From: a virus
Taxonomy: Duplodnaviria; Caudoviricetes
Length of the DNA stretch: 51,959 nt
Virus record (IMG/VR): IMGVR_UViG_3300035670_000293
Location: 1 to 51,959 of that record
Reading direction: 5' to 3' (one strand)
A program made the translations under genes and the position numbers. Below are positions 18,347 to 30,100 of the stretch, one piece after another. The notes under the pieces were generated by a model, which saw nothing but the letters and a program-made list of their open reading frames with translations, did not search any database and was not told the DNA's origin. Each line of letters begins with the position of its first letter. The stretch's first letter is position 1.

Positions 18347-18543
18347 AACTACCACAAGGCTACACAAAGATTCCATCCGACTACACCGGAGAGGTGTGGT
18401 TGGAAAGCCAGATGCGAGCAGTTATCGCAAACGCCAAAAAAGAAGCGTTACTTGAGGCGGCTGAGTGGTTTGATAACAATCCATATCACCATTTTACAAA
18501 CGATAGTGCTGGTAAACTTCGCAGAATGGCAGGGGAACTCTGA
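18343..18543 (+). CDS. hypothetical protein
   Basis: ATGA-coupled; C-terminus resembles that of the upstream ORF. Confidence 0.5.
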   Translation: MKLPQGYTKIPSDYTGEVWLESQMRAVIANAKKEALLEAAEWFDNNPYHHFTNDSAGKLRRMAGEL

Positions 18544-18726
18544 TGTACTTCGACACCATAGAAATCAAGCCTAAGGCTTTTGGCAAGAAAGGCTGGGAAG
18601 TACGTCATTACCAGCTTCGGTATGACAGAGTCCCAAGCAAAGGAAGTATGTCAGGTCTTGGGTTTTACCACTACCCAAGACGTAAGGGTAAGAAAAAAAG
18701 CCTTTGAAGATTGGGAAGGGGTTGAA

Positions 18727-19020
18727 ATGATTGAAGCCATGAAGCAAGCATTGGAAGCGTTGGAAGCGCACGCAGATATTGGCATCAAGTCTGACAAGGC
18801 CATCGACTCACTGCGCCAAGCCATCGAGCAGGTCGAGAAGCAAGAACCTGTGAAACCTGAATGGGTGGGCCTAACAGGTGAGGAATTGGAAATAATAGCA
18901 TTCCACTATCTAGCCTCAGTCGGTGATTACTGGGTTAATGAATTCACAATCAGTGAGCGTAATGTCGAGGGTTTTGCCGAAGCGATTTCAGCCAAACTCA
19001 AGGAGAAGAATCATGGGTAG
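18727..19020 (+). CDS. hypothetical protein
   Basis: MIEAMKQALEALE...WVGLTGEE...AISAKLKEKN. Confidence 0.6.
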   Translation: MIEAMKQALEALEAHADIGIKSDKAIDSLRQAIEQVEKQEPVKPEWVGLTGEELEIIAFHYLASVGDYWVNEFTISERNVEGFAEAISAKLKEKNHG

Positions 19021-19213
19021 ACTAAGCGGTTTTGCCCTTAAATACCCAGGCATAGCTTTCTTTATTACTACATTCTTATTTCTTCTACTTCCTTTGTGGA
19101 TCGTATTGTCCAATGTGAGATATATGGTACGAAAATCAGTATGGGAAATTAAAGAGGAATACAAAACATTTATTCCAGCCTACAGGGATTTTCTGAACTG
19201 GTTTTGGCGATAA
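19013..19213 (+). CDS. small membrane protein
   Basis: AAGGAG RBS; hydrophobic segment. Confidence 0.5.
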   Translation: MGRLSGFALKYPGIAFFITTFLFLLLPLWIVLSNVRYMVRKSVWEIKEEYKTFIPAYRDFLNWFWR

Positions 19214-19224
19214 GGAGAAGAATC

Positions 19225-19449
19225 ATGGATAGAGAAGACATTATCAAGATGGCGAAAGAAGCTGGCGTGAAGATACATGATCAAGACCAGCCGTATATGG
19301 AAATGCTTGAACGCTTCGCTGCGCTCGTTGCTGCACATGAGACTGAAAGGCTGCGCAAGATCGAAGCCGCCGCCAGAAACTTGATCGCAGTCAAAGGCCG
19401 GCATCCTTCCGAGCAGGCGTACAAAAGACTCGAAGAGATTCTGAAGTGA
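19225..19449 (+). CDS. hypothetical protein
   Basis: AAGGAG RBS; MDREDIIKMAKEAG...LERFAALVAAHE. Confidence 0.6.
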   Translation: MDREDIIKMAKEAGVKIHDQDQPYMEMLERFAALVAAHETERLRKIEAAARNLIAVKGRHPSEQAYKRLEEILK

Positions 19450-19602
19450 ACAAAATCCTCATCATCCTAGCACTGGTCGCGGATGTGGCGCTGGTCGCCA
19501 ATGTCGTACATCACTGGGATAACCGGCCTGAAATCAACATTGGTGTGGAGTGCTTTCACACCAGCACCAAGCAACTCAACTGCACTATCAAGGAAGATGG
19601 CG

Positions 19603-19938
19603 ATGGCTAACACCTGCGCATGCAATGCCTTCCAGTTTGCCAGGCCTCACGCAGATTGGTGCCCCTGCTACAAAGCAGCCTCGACAAGCGTGTTGGATGA
19701 GGCCAAGGAAATCATCTACGGCGACCGCGAACAGACATACGGTGAGCCAGGCATCAACCTGAAGCGCATTGCCAGGCTGTGGAACGCTTACCTCAGCAAC
19801 AGAGACGGCGATCTATCCGCAGAAGACGTGGCCTGGATGATGGTCTTACTCAAGACCGCAAGGCAGCAACACGCCAGCAAGCGAGACAATCTTGTGGATG
19901 CCTGTGGCTATATCGCTTTGATCGAACGTCTTGACTGA
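19603..19938 (+). CDS. DUF6378-like nucleotide pyrophosphohydrolase-domain protein
   Basis: SVLDEAKEIIYGDREQTYGEP...IARLW...MVLLKTAR...DNLVDACGY. Confidence 0.75.
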   Translation: MANTCACNAFQFARPHADWCPCYKAASTSVLDEAKEIIYGDREQTYGEPGINLKRIARLWNAYLSNRDGDLSAEDVAWMMVLLKTARQQHASKRDNLVDACGYIALIERLD

Positions 19939-19939
19939 G

Positions 19940-20165
19940 TATGGCAAGAATATGTCATTGCAACATAAGTCGTTGATGCTTCAAGGATACTGATTCCTCT
20001 TCTGGGCACCATTCAGTTTTTTTGCAGTAAGCAGCAAAACCCCGCAAACGCCCGCAGAATCTAGGTTCGCGGGCGTTTTGCATTCTGTCAACGACTTACA
20101 AAAGTGTGCAGAAACTCCCATACTTGTTTCAGAAGGTATGTCAAAAGTATGGCTAGGAGTATGTC
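19940..20165 (+). other. attP: tRNA-Leu-like 3' core with arm-type repeats and IHF-like sites
   Basis: Core GATTCCTCTTCTGGGCACCA at 19992-20011; TATG(G/T)C repeats at 19940, 19951, 20137, 20148, 20160; inverted (A/G)TCAACGACTTA at 19966-19977 and 20087-20098. Confidence 0.8.
20045..20080 (+). terminator. hairpin terminator after the att core
   Basis: CAAACGCCCGC...GCGGGCGTTTTG. Confidence 0.6.
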
Positions 20166-21146
20166 GTGGCAACATTTCGGAAGCGGGGAACGTCGTGGTC
20201 GGCGCAGGTTGTGCGGGTGGTGGACGGCAAGCGTACCACGAAGAGCGCGTCATTCAGCACAAAAGCCGAGGCGCAGGCCTGGGCCGCAGGCATTGAGTCT
20301 GACATTGCAAAAGGCAAGTCTGGCAAGACACCAGACAAGACGTTCGGCGATCTGCTATCGCGCTATGGCGATGAGGTTAGCCGCACCAAGCGAGGCGAGA
20401 AGTGGGAGCGCGCCAGGATCGGTCTTGCGCTGCGGGACGCCATTGCATCGGTAAAGCTGGCAGACGTGTCTGCACGCCATGTCGCCGAGTGGCGCGACCG
20501 CAGGCTAAAGGAAGTCAGCCCGGCATCGGTCAGGCGCGAATGGAACCTGCTGTCTGCCGCCTGCACCGTAGCCGTCAACGAATGGCACTGGCTACCGGCA
20601 CACCCAATGAAGACGGTACGCAGGCCAGCGCCACCCAAACCAAGGGACAGACGGCCCACACAGGATGAAATCGACCGGCTGCTACTGGCGTGTGGCGATG
20701 ATCTGACCACGCAGCAGGGCAGGGTAGGGGTTGCCATACTTTTTGCCATAGAAACAGCCATGCGGGCCGGCGAGATTTGCGGGCTGGCCTGGACAGACAT
20801 TCGGCTGGACAAGCGCCATCTTGTCATCAGAGACGGCAAGACCGCCGCCGCCGCCCGCAGTGTGCCGCTCTCTCAAGAGGCTATCGACTTGATCAACAGG
20901 CTGCCAAAAGACTCTGATCACGCATTCGCGCTTACATCGTCCAGCCTGGATGCGCTGTTTCGCAAGGCCAAGGGCAGGGCCATGATCGAGGATTTGCACT
21001 TCCACGACCTGCGACATGAGGCCATCACGCGATTGGCCAGCAAGCTGAACGTGCTTGAACTGGCCCGTATGGTGGGCCACCGCGATCTGCGTATGCTTCA
21101 GGTCTACTACAACGAGTCCGCTGAAGCACTCGCAGCCAAGCTCTAG
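20166..21146 (+). CDS. int: tyrosine recombinase / integrase
   Basis: ETAMRAGEI, K, HFHDLRH, GHRDLRMLQVYY catalytic set. Confidence 0.96.
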   Translation: MATFRKRGTSWSAQVVRVVDGKRTTKSASFSTKAEAQAWAAGIESDIAKGKSGKTPDKTFGDLLSRYGDEVSRTKRGEKWERARIGLALRDAIASVKLADVSARHVAEWRDRRLKEVSPASVRREWNLLSAACTVAVNEWHWLPAHPMKTVRRPAPPKPRDRRPTQDEIDRLLLACGDDLTTQQGRVGVAILFAIETAMRAGEICGLAWTDIRLDKRHLVIRDGKTAAAARSVPLSQEAIDLINRLPKDSDHAFALTSSSLDALFRKAKGRAMIEDLHFHDLRHEAITRLASKLNVLELARMVGHRDLRMLQVYYNESAEALAAKL

Positions 21147-24100
21147 TTTTGTTGCAACGCTTTCAGCGCCTCAACCATCTGCTTGCGATGCTCGCGGTAT
21201 GCGGGCATGCCATCAAGCTCTTGCTGGCGAATGCCGTTCAGACGCTCGGTGAAGTTATCTACCGAATAGAACGCTTCGAGCGCATCGTTGTGAGCACGGT
21301 TGAATGCCTGATATTCCTTCAGCAGTTCCTTCGCGCTATCCACATTGGCTTCAGTCAGTGTGAACTTGTTCAATCCCGCCTCGTCCTGATACTTCTTGGC
21401 GCGCTCGTAGTCGTCCACAAAGGCGTTCAGGTTGGCATAGGCTTCATGTGCCGCGTTCTTTGCATTGCGAGGCATGTGCCGTTCACGGATAAAGTTGCGC
21501 ACAACCGGAATCTCGCTCAACTCTGGCGAAGTGCCTTGCATGGACTTATAAGCGGCAGAACCCGTTCCAGAAATGAACGTGCCAACGCCGCCAGTCAGAT
21601 TGCCAAACATCCACTTGATTACGTCCGGATGGATGTCAATGCCGCCGCGCTGCGTAGCCGTGCCGCCCGTGGCCTCGTTCAGATAGGTTGAAATATCCTC
21701 GTAGACCGTGCCGCGAGTGCTGCGCCACATCTGGGCGCTATCCGGCTTGCCTTCATCAAACTTGTCGTCAGGGTAAATCTTGCGGTCGCCAAATCCAGTA
21801 TTGTTCAGGCCGATCCCGACTGCCCACTTGATTGGCTCGAACGGCATCAATTCAACCATGGCCGTGTTGTAGTCTGGCTCATCGCCAAGCGGGTTGAACG
21901 GCAGGAAGTTGGCCATGAACGAACTGGCCAGCTTGTAAGCCACATCATCAGCCGATGCCCCGTCCTGCATTTCCTTCGCGTAGCGGCCAATGTCAGAGAA
22001 GAATCCATAGCCATACGGTATCGCCACTTTCGCCACAAGGTCATTCATCTTGATCAGGAAGTTGCGCTGCTTCTCGTATTCCTGAACCTCTTCCTTGTCC
22101 TCGTCATCGCCGCCCCACTGGCTGGCGGCAAGATAGCCAAGCATGGCAAGCCCAAAGGCCGCAGACCATGCCTGGTACTTGTGCCTGCCGCCAAACAAAA
22201 CTTGGCCCGTTGTGGTGGCGCCCTGAATGGCCGGGTTGGCAAACAGATAAGCCGCCTTGATGTTTTGCCCCTGCTCGCCCTGCTTGTTGAAGTTGACGGT
22301 GATTCGCTTGGCCCAGTTGATAGCCTCGTTCTCAGAGTAGCCTTCTTCTATCAGCGTGGTGAAGGCGGCAATCCGCATGGCATTCTCAGCGCCTGCATTC
22401 ACCCAGCGAACAATCGCAAACGCAGCAGACACCCCTTTCTCAAGCATCACCTTCGACATCTTGGCTGGATTGCCTTTGAACAACCTGAAACCAATGGCAT
22501 GATCGTAAGCAGATTGGGCGTCTTTGCGCAGGCGCTCCATGTCAGACAGCATGCCGACACCGGTAGAGCCGCCGTTCCTGCGATACCTATCCATGATCGG
22601 CGATGAATGACCAGCCACCTCAAAAGCCATCGCACGGTAGAAGCTGACCGGGTACTTTGTAAGCATCTTGGCAGCAATGACCGTTCCGTATTCACCCATC
22701 GTATTGATCAACCCGGTTGACAGGTCGCGCTCGATGTTCACGATGATGAAGGCCGGGTTCAGGCCCGTGTACATCAACGAGAGCGTATTGTTCAGATCAC
22801 GGAACTGCCGCATCACAAACCCAAGCTCGGCCATCTCCAGATTGTTGTACGCCTGGGCAAGCAGCGGATCATTCAACTGAATCCGCACACGCTCACCGTT
22901 GATGTAGCCAATCGCCTCATAAGGCTGCGCAATGCTGGACGGAATGTAGCTTACAAAGTCATCACCGTAAGAAGGGTGAATCGTGTAGTCGCTCTTGTTG
23001 TGCTTGTGTAGCGAATGAGCAAGCGACTTGTACGTTTCAGCCTCAGACTGCGTTGCAAACGACTTGATCGGCGCGCCCTTGTAATACACCACATGCGTCG
23101 TCGCACCCTTGCGCAGCACGGCCATCTTCTCAGGCTGATCAACCGTCCATAACTCTTCAAACGGTTGCGCGCCAGCCAGGCGGTAGAGGTGCTGGAAGAT
23201 TTCATTCTTCTCGCTCAGGATGACGGCACGCTCGTACTGGCCGAAGATGTTCTCGATGATCCACTCATCCCGGTAGCCATGGCCCAGCGTGCGCTTAAGC
23301 TCAGGCTTCGCGTTCACGCTCTTACCCTTGCCTGTACCGCGCCAGACGTTGTTATCCGGGCCTCCGCGCAGGGGAACATATTTCTGGAACGCCTTGCTCC
23401 AAGCGTTTACACGGTCAGTCGAAACGATCCCGGCAGCGTGCAGCATCTCCTTGGCCTGGCTCGATATGTCGCGGAATTCGCCGGCCAGCTTCACCATCTC
23501 GCCATAGTTTGGCGCCGCCTTGAATGCAGCAATGATCTGCGCAGCCTCATCATCCGTCATGCCGCCCGCACCATTGGGCCTGCCCTGCGAATCCACCAAG
23601 GCCGGGTTGATCTTGAACAAATGAGCATTGCGCTCTGGCGCGTGTTCCGCATGCAAGAACGCCGCCACATCTTCCATGGTAAAGCCAGCCTTATGCACGC
23701 GCTCAACCAGCGGCGTCATGACAAAACGGCGGAAGTCGCTTATGCGAGCCGCCATTCGGCCATGCGAACGAAGCTCTGCTTCATACACATTCCGGTCGTC
23801 AAAGCGAATATCCGCACCAACGGTCTTGTTCAGATAGTCCTGAACAACCTGGAAGCGCAGGAAACTATCCTGCACCACGCGCCGGCTGGCTTGCACGGCA
23901 GTCTCTTCCGGGATGTCCAGGGTAGGAACATGGCGCCCCCTAGAAGCAGAAACCCCGCCGGGTGGCGGGGTCTGTTTGCTGAAGAGTGGCATACCAGATT
24001 GTCGTATCTTCTCCCGCATGGAGTCTGGGATGGTAAAGCCGGGTTGCGGCTCGCTGATGTCAGCCACGGTCAGGTCAGTCTCGACCTCAAGGAACTTGGT

Positions 24101-27100
24101 CGGATTCTTGACGTTGTGGATCTGCTTCGATTCAACCTTCGTCCCAGGCGACAGCTTACGCAGCACCTCGTTGGCCACGCTCGGCACGATGGAATCGTAG
24201 AACTTACGCATCCCTTCGCCGCCAACGCGAAGATCAAGGCCGGAGTAGTCCCCGCCATTCTCTGAAATGGCGCGTTCTGCCAAGTCTTTGCCGACGATTT
24301 CCGCGAGTTCAGATTCGTTGCGAGCATCTTTCGACAGAACGCTCGCCCCGTCTTTCCATGCAGTGACGACCCACACCCCACCCGTCGGGGTGACGGCCAC
24401 TCGGTCAACCTGCTTACTAAGGTCGTACAGATCAGCATTCTGCTGCCCGGTGCCGAACACGATGCCATCCGCGCCCACGTCGATGGCGTGCAGGATGGCC
24501 CGCTTGATGCCCAGGGCAACCCATGCGCGGGTGTCGGTGACGAAGGGGGCGGCAGACGTTGCTGCGCCAAGGAACTCGCCTTTGTCATTTTTGCCGATGC
24601 GGAAAACATGCGCCTTTGCGATAGCATCCTCTTTCGTAACGGCCTCAACCAACTTCCCGATGTACGGTGCCGCATCCTCGCTGCGCGATTTCGGGTAAAC
24701 GTACCACTTGCTGACGATTCCTTTTCCAGCATATACGGCATCAAGTTTGCTTGGCGTTGCTTTCTCGCCAAACCCCTTATCCCGCCCCTCCTGACCCCAG
24801 TCACTCTGAATCTCACCGACCCGCACATACCGCTTGCCGTCCGCGCCAGTAACTTCATCGAGGCGAACGTGAACGAGACGGTTCACGTCATCCGCACGGC
24901 TACCATATCGGTGGGCGCTGGGCACGGTGTAGTCCGAGACTCCCTTCTGCTTCGCCACGGCATCAGGCAACGTCACCAGAATCTCGCGGTAGGTGCCCTC
25001 GATGCCGCCTTTGAATGATTGGTCCCAGTAGCCGGAGAACTTGGTGTCATCCGCGTCACGCTTCGCAACTCGGTTGTTTTCACGAATATGCGAATTGAAG
25101 TACCGCGCACCAAATTCCTTTGCCTCTTGCTCAGATGCAATTCTTTCCGCACTAACGTATGTGTTTCTACCTTCTGGCGACTCCAAATACCACTGCGCCC
25201 CGGCTCTCTCTACAAGAACGTCATCCGCCGAAATCTCTTCTTGCATCTCCGCAGTGCCAGCACCCTTCACCACATCCTGAACCGTCACCCCGTTGCCGTT
25301 CAGGTAGTCCAGCACCTCGGCCTTGGTGACCTTCTCTTTTCCGCGCAGGTTGAGGTAGTCGGTGATGCCACTCCACTGAATCTCATCGTCCTTCAGGCCA
25401 AGCTTGGCTTTGTTCGATTGCAGCCAGAGCAAGACCTGTTTTGCAGGCTGGCCAAAGATTCTATCCGGCGCAGACTGAAAGGCCTTGATAAGCGGTGAGA
25501 AGAAGCGGTCGCGGTCAGACATGAAATCACCGTCCCGCTTCGCCTGCCCCATCCTGTCCGGCGCCGTCTTCAACGCCTGTCCAGCCATCCACGCCACGTC
25601 TTCCGGCGTCAGGTTGTTTGCCCACTTCACCAACTTCAAGCGTTCAGCGCCCTTCAGCTTGCCAGCCATGTTGCGGATAGCGTTCTTCAGCCAGGCCTGG
25701 AACCGCTGCACAATGCTCAGTTCAGGGTGATGCTCAACAAGGTAGCCAAGCGTCTCTTCGCTGATCAAGTGTGCCGGCGTGTCATCCGGTACAGCCTTGC
25801 GGGCGGCAACCGCTGCCGTGTCGCCACGCGCCACCATGCGATCCACTTCGCCCAGAATTGCCTTGAACTCGCTATCAGAACGGTTCAGTTGCAGTGCATG
25901 CACACCAATCTCATGCCGCAGCAGGCCGGGCACGCTATCGGCGTTCTGGTCGATGTTGTCAGCCACCAGATAGACCTTGCCGTTCTTCACAAAGGCGAGG
26001 ATGCGGCTTCCGTCTGCGGAGTAGCGGATGTCCGGGTTGGTCGGCGAGAACGTGCCCTGGTTGCCGGTGGCGCCTTCGATTGGTCTTGTTCGGCCAAGCC
26101 CCATGTGACTAAGATCAACTCTGGAATTCAACACTCCATCAACAGCTGATTTTGCCTGTGTCGGGTCAAACCAAGCGTAGACGGTGGTTGCTTTCCCGCG
26201 CCCTTTTGGCGGGTTGTTGTAGTAATCAACGCTGTTCCTGATGATGATTCCGTCATATTGCCCGATCTGCGCAGCTTCAACATGGTGTTCCGTGTCACGC
26301 CAATGAGCGCCTTTTGCATCAATAATCATTGGATTTGATGCGCGGATGTACAAAGGGATAGTTTGCGGTTCTGCGTTCTGATAATCGGAAGCTCTGTAGT
26401 CTAGCGCGTAGCTATCAGCAACAGAGCGATCAGCGGCGGCGAACCAGACATTGCCACGGCTCCTGGCCTTAAACCCCTCTGCAAATATGCCGCGAACATC
26501 AGGCGCACCGTGATACACCACCAGCGGCCTACCTTCTGCATCCACAACGCGACTATCACCAAACCACCGCCAGAAGTTGCGGATGCCTTCCTCAGTCGGG
26601 TGGATAGGCTGACCGTTGCTGTTGGTCGTGGGGCGGTCGATGCCGTCTACGTTGATGGTGTCTGGCAGGGCGGCCTTGCTGAACGCCTCGCCACCAGTAA
26701 GAATTCCATCCACCTGACCGCTGGTGATGATCTCAAAGTTCCCCGTGCCAATCAGCCGGTCGGCAAATCCATTGCCTTCAGCCTGGTCAATCGCGGATTT
26801 CAGTGTGGAAACGGTGTGTGGTGTGGTGGATGACGCTGCTGACCTAAGCGATAGTGCAACATCAGGAAGGCCGCGAATGTGAGATTTTGTTACAACCGTT
26901 CTGCCCTTGCCTTCTGCTACTTGAACGGCCATACTTACATCGACCACCGTGTTCAGCGTAGCGAATTGACCGTTACGGGCCTGCTCGGTGGTTTTTTCGT
27001 TGGTGTCGTCATAGTAGTGCAGCAATCCGTTTTCTGACCATCGCTTTACAGATGTTTCGTTCAACGGATGAACGGTCATTACATATCCCTGCTTGCCTTT

Positions 27101-30100
27101 TGGTTCGATAGCAACAACAGCACCAGGAACTACAATCCGATAGCTACCTGAATTCATACCTCCTTCGCTGGAGAAGATAGCAATAGGATCGGCAAGCAGG
27201 TTAGGAAGATTGATAACAACATCGTTAGACACAGTTTCACCGTGATACGAGGCTGCGTGGGTGTCTGTCGCCTTTGATGCGATACTGCTTCCAGAACCCC
27301 AAATACCATCGTCAAGCCTCTTGAATGGCTTGCTTCCATCCTTTGCTATGACATTTCTAATGACGGCAGGAACATCCATTACCTTGAAGGATGACGATCC
27401 TGCAATTGACCGGATACGATTAACATCCGATGTCATACCAACCAAAGCTTTTTTAATGGAAGACAAATATCCGTGATGCCCAGACGGAGAGAATCTATTG
27501 TCACTCCCTGATCGGCTATACATCACACCTTCATCTTCACGCATCGCGTTCAGCTTCTCGCCGTTGCGTTCAAGCAGGGCGACACGATCAAGCGTGGGTT
27601 GGTCCCAGATCACAAAATTCGAGGTTCCACCTTCCATCTTCTCAGATACGTTCGCACCCGACGACGCCCACTCCTTAACCTTTCCAAGCACATACTCCCT
27701 GTCAGCCTTCTTTACGCTTCCGTCTGCTCGCAACTCAATTTCAATACGCGAAATACGGTCTCCCCACAGTTTCAGGTAGTGTGCTGCAACCGCGTCTTTG
27801 CCGGAGACTATCTCACCATTTACGGCCAACTTTGTTGCTCGGCTATTTCCGTCCAGGTAGCGGTTGCCGACGATGCCGATACTGGCTAGGTATTCGCTGG
27901 CGGCTTTGTCGCTACCGAGTTCCGCAGATAAAGCGAAATACATGTCTTTTGCTGTTGCGTTCTGTCCCAAACCGCGTAAAATTGGGACATGCTTAATAGA
28001 TATATTTGCCCTGTTTGCGGGGTCGAGTTCTTCCGTGACTATCGCGGGTCCAGAGCCAGCGCTATCCACCATTGCAGCCGAGCCTGTCAATTCATCGGCC
28101 AGCGAAAAGATAGCACCCTTGATGCTGCTGGCTACAAAATCATTTTCCTTAACGGCAAGAAGGTTAGAGAGCATCGCTTTGTCATGGAACAGCATCTCGG
28201 GCGTAATCTTGCGCCTGGAGAGGAAGTCCATCACATCAACGGGGATAAGGCCGACAATAGAATCGAGAATCTTGTTGTTCTTACTCGCGTTGCTCACGCT
28301 GTCCACCACCGCAGATCGTGTATTGACATCGAGCGAGCCAAATCCCTTCGATATAACGGATTCAGTTTTCAGCGTATCGCGGACGAACTCAATGTCTCGC
28401 GCAACGCTCTCTGGCACGCCTTTAAGGTCCGTGGTTTGCTTGATACCAAGCGCGGCAAGTACAGCGGGTGACTGCTTCTTGATTGGCGCGTCAAAATCAA
28501 GCAGGTAGGGCAGAACGTCGTCGGGGATGTCGAGTTGGTAGAGGGAGCCTTTTTGAATCATGGATTCTGCTTGCTTCTTGGTGCTAAACGGGCCGCCCGC
28601 AAGCGCATTATTCGCATCAATCAAGAACCAATTTGATGTGTTGTTGCCATAACCCTTCTTGACCGTAACTCCCGCACGGTTTGTGAGTGTTTTTTGATAA
28701 CCTGCACCAACACCCTGTGCCTGGGCGCTATAAAACCCCCACCCGTAAGCCTGCGCACCTTCCCCCGTGCCAATCATGTCCAGCCGTGGCCGACCATTCG
28801 GGAAGCCTGGCTCGGGTGCCCAGACGTGCGGCGTACCGTGCCATACCGGCTGCGCCACATACGACGCCCCACGACGCTCTGATTTGGTCTCCGGTAATTC
28901 ACCGCGCTTGAGTAGGCCGCTATCAAAAGCCGATGCACCATCGTCCATCGAAACCACGTCCAGGAACAGGCCGGAAGCAATCAGGCTGGGGTGTGCGTCC
29001 AGGCTACCCGGCACAGCGGCCAGCAGGTCGGTTGAGCCCGTCTCGCGGGCCATCCGGCGCAGGTTGGCCAGCATGCGTAGTTTCTCGCGCCCGGTCATGT
29101 CCGCAGCCGGCACGGGCATGTCCATGATGAACGATACCGTGCCATCGGCATTGCGGCCCACAATGGCCATGTAACCCTTCTCGTTCTGAAGCTGCTTGGC
29201 AATGCGGGCGGTTTCGTCCGACTTCACCATGTACTCGCCCAGCAGTTTGTGCGGCACCTCGCTGTTGTCGCGCAGGTTGATGCTGTTCAGCCACTCCGCC
29301 TCAATCGTCTCCGGGTCCATCGTGCCGTCACCGTTGGGCAGCAACTGCGTGAACTCGTTGTGGTCGATGATGACGTGGCCCTTGAATCCTGGCACGGCAT
29401 TCATCAGGGATTGCGTCAGGTCAATATCCGCCACCGACTCCCGCGAACTACCCGACGGGTGGTTGTGCATGATCCAGTAGCCAGACGCACCGTGCTGGCG
29501 CAAGCCCGTCTCAATCTGCGAAGGCAGATCGTTCGGCACATACACCGTGGCCGGCAGGCGGGACGAGAACCCGGATTGCGCCATGATCCTGCCATCGTCA
29601 CCCACATAGAAGACGCGGAACGTCTCAAAGCGCGGATCACGGTAAACCTGGCCCAGAATCGCCAGGTCAGAAGATGACTCTACTTTTTGTCCGACGATGG
29701 AGAATCCGCCAGCATCGCGGAATTCGCTGGAGATACGACTCCCAAGTAGGGAGCCGTCCGTTCCCGCAGCACGAATGCGCCCGAAGATGCGTCTCTCGGC
29801 AGCGGCGAGTGCGACACGACCGACTTCCGTTTGCCCTTCGGTGGTGTCGGGACGAGTTTCAAGTGTGGCGTAGGGGTCTTGGTTTCCATGTGTGTAGTCT
29901 GCCACAGGCTCTTGCACGGATGAAGCGGCGCCGCGATCTTCCTCGTACTTCGGAAGCCCGTTCTCGTCATTCACGTCCAGATACGGCACGTCACGCACAC
30001 CGTTTTCATCGGATACCGTAACAAACATGCCTTCCTTGGTATTGCGGTGACCTTCAACAATGACAGGCTTGCCACCAACAAACACCTCTGTATTGATTGG

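Noticed and set aside
19992-20011. tRNA gene
   Set aside because: Only the 3' ~20 nt are present, with no D or anticodon arm; this is the att core.
27950-28480. Intein or group I intron explanation for the HNH insertion
   Set aside because: No C/S…HN splice motifs in the host frame, the frame is uninterrupted, and the HNH is on the opposite strand with no room for a ribozyme core.
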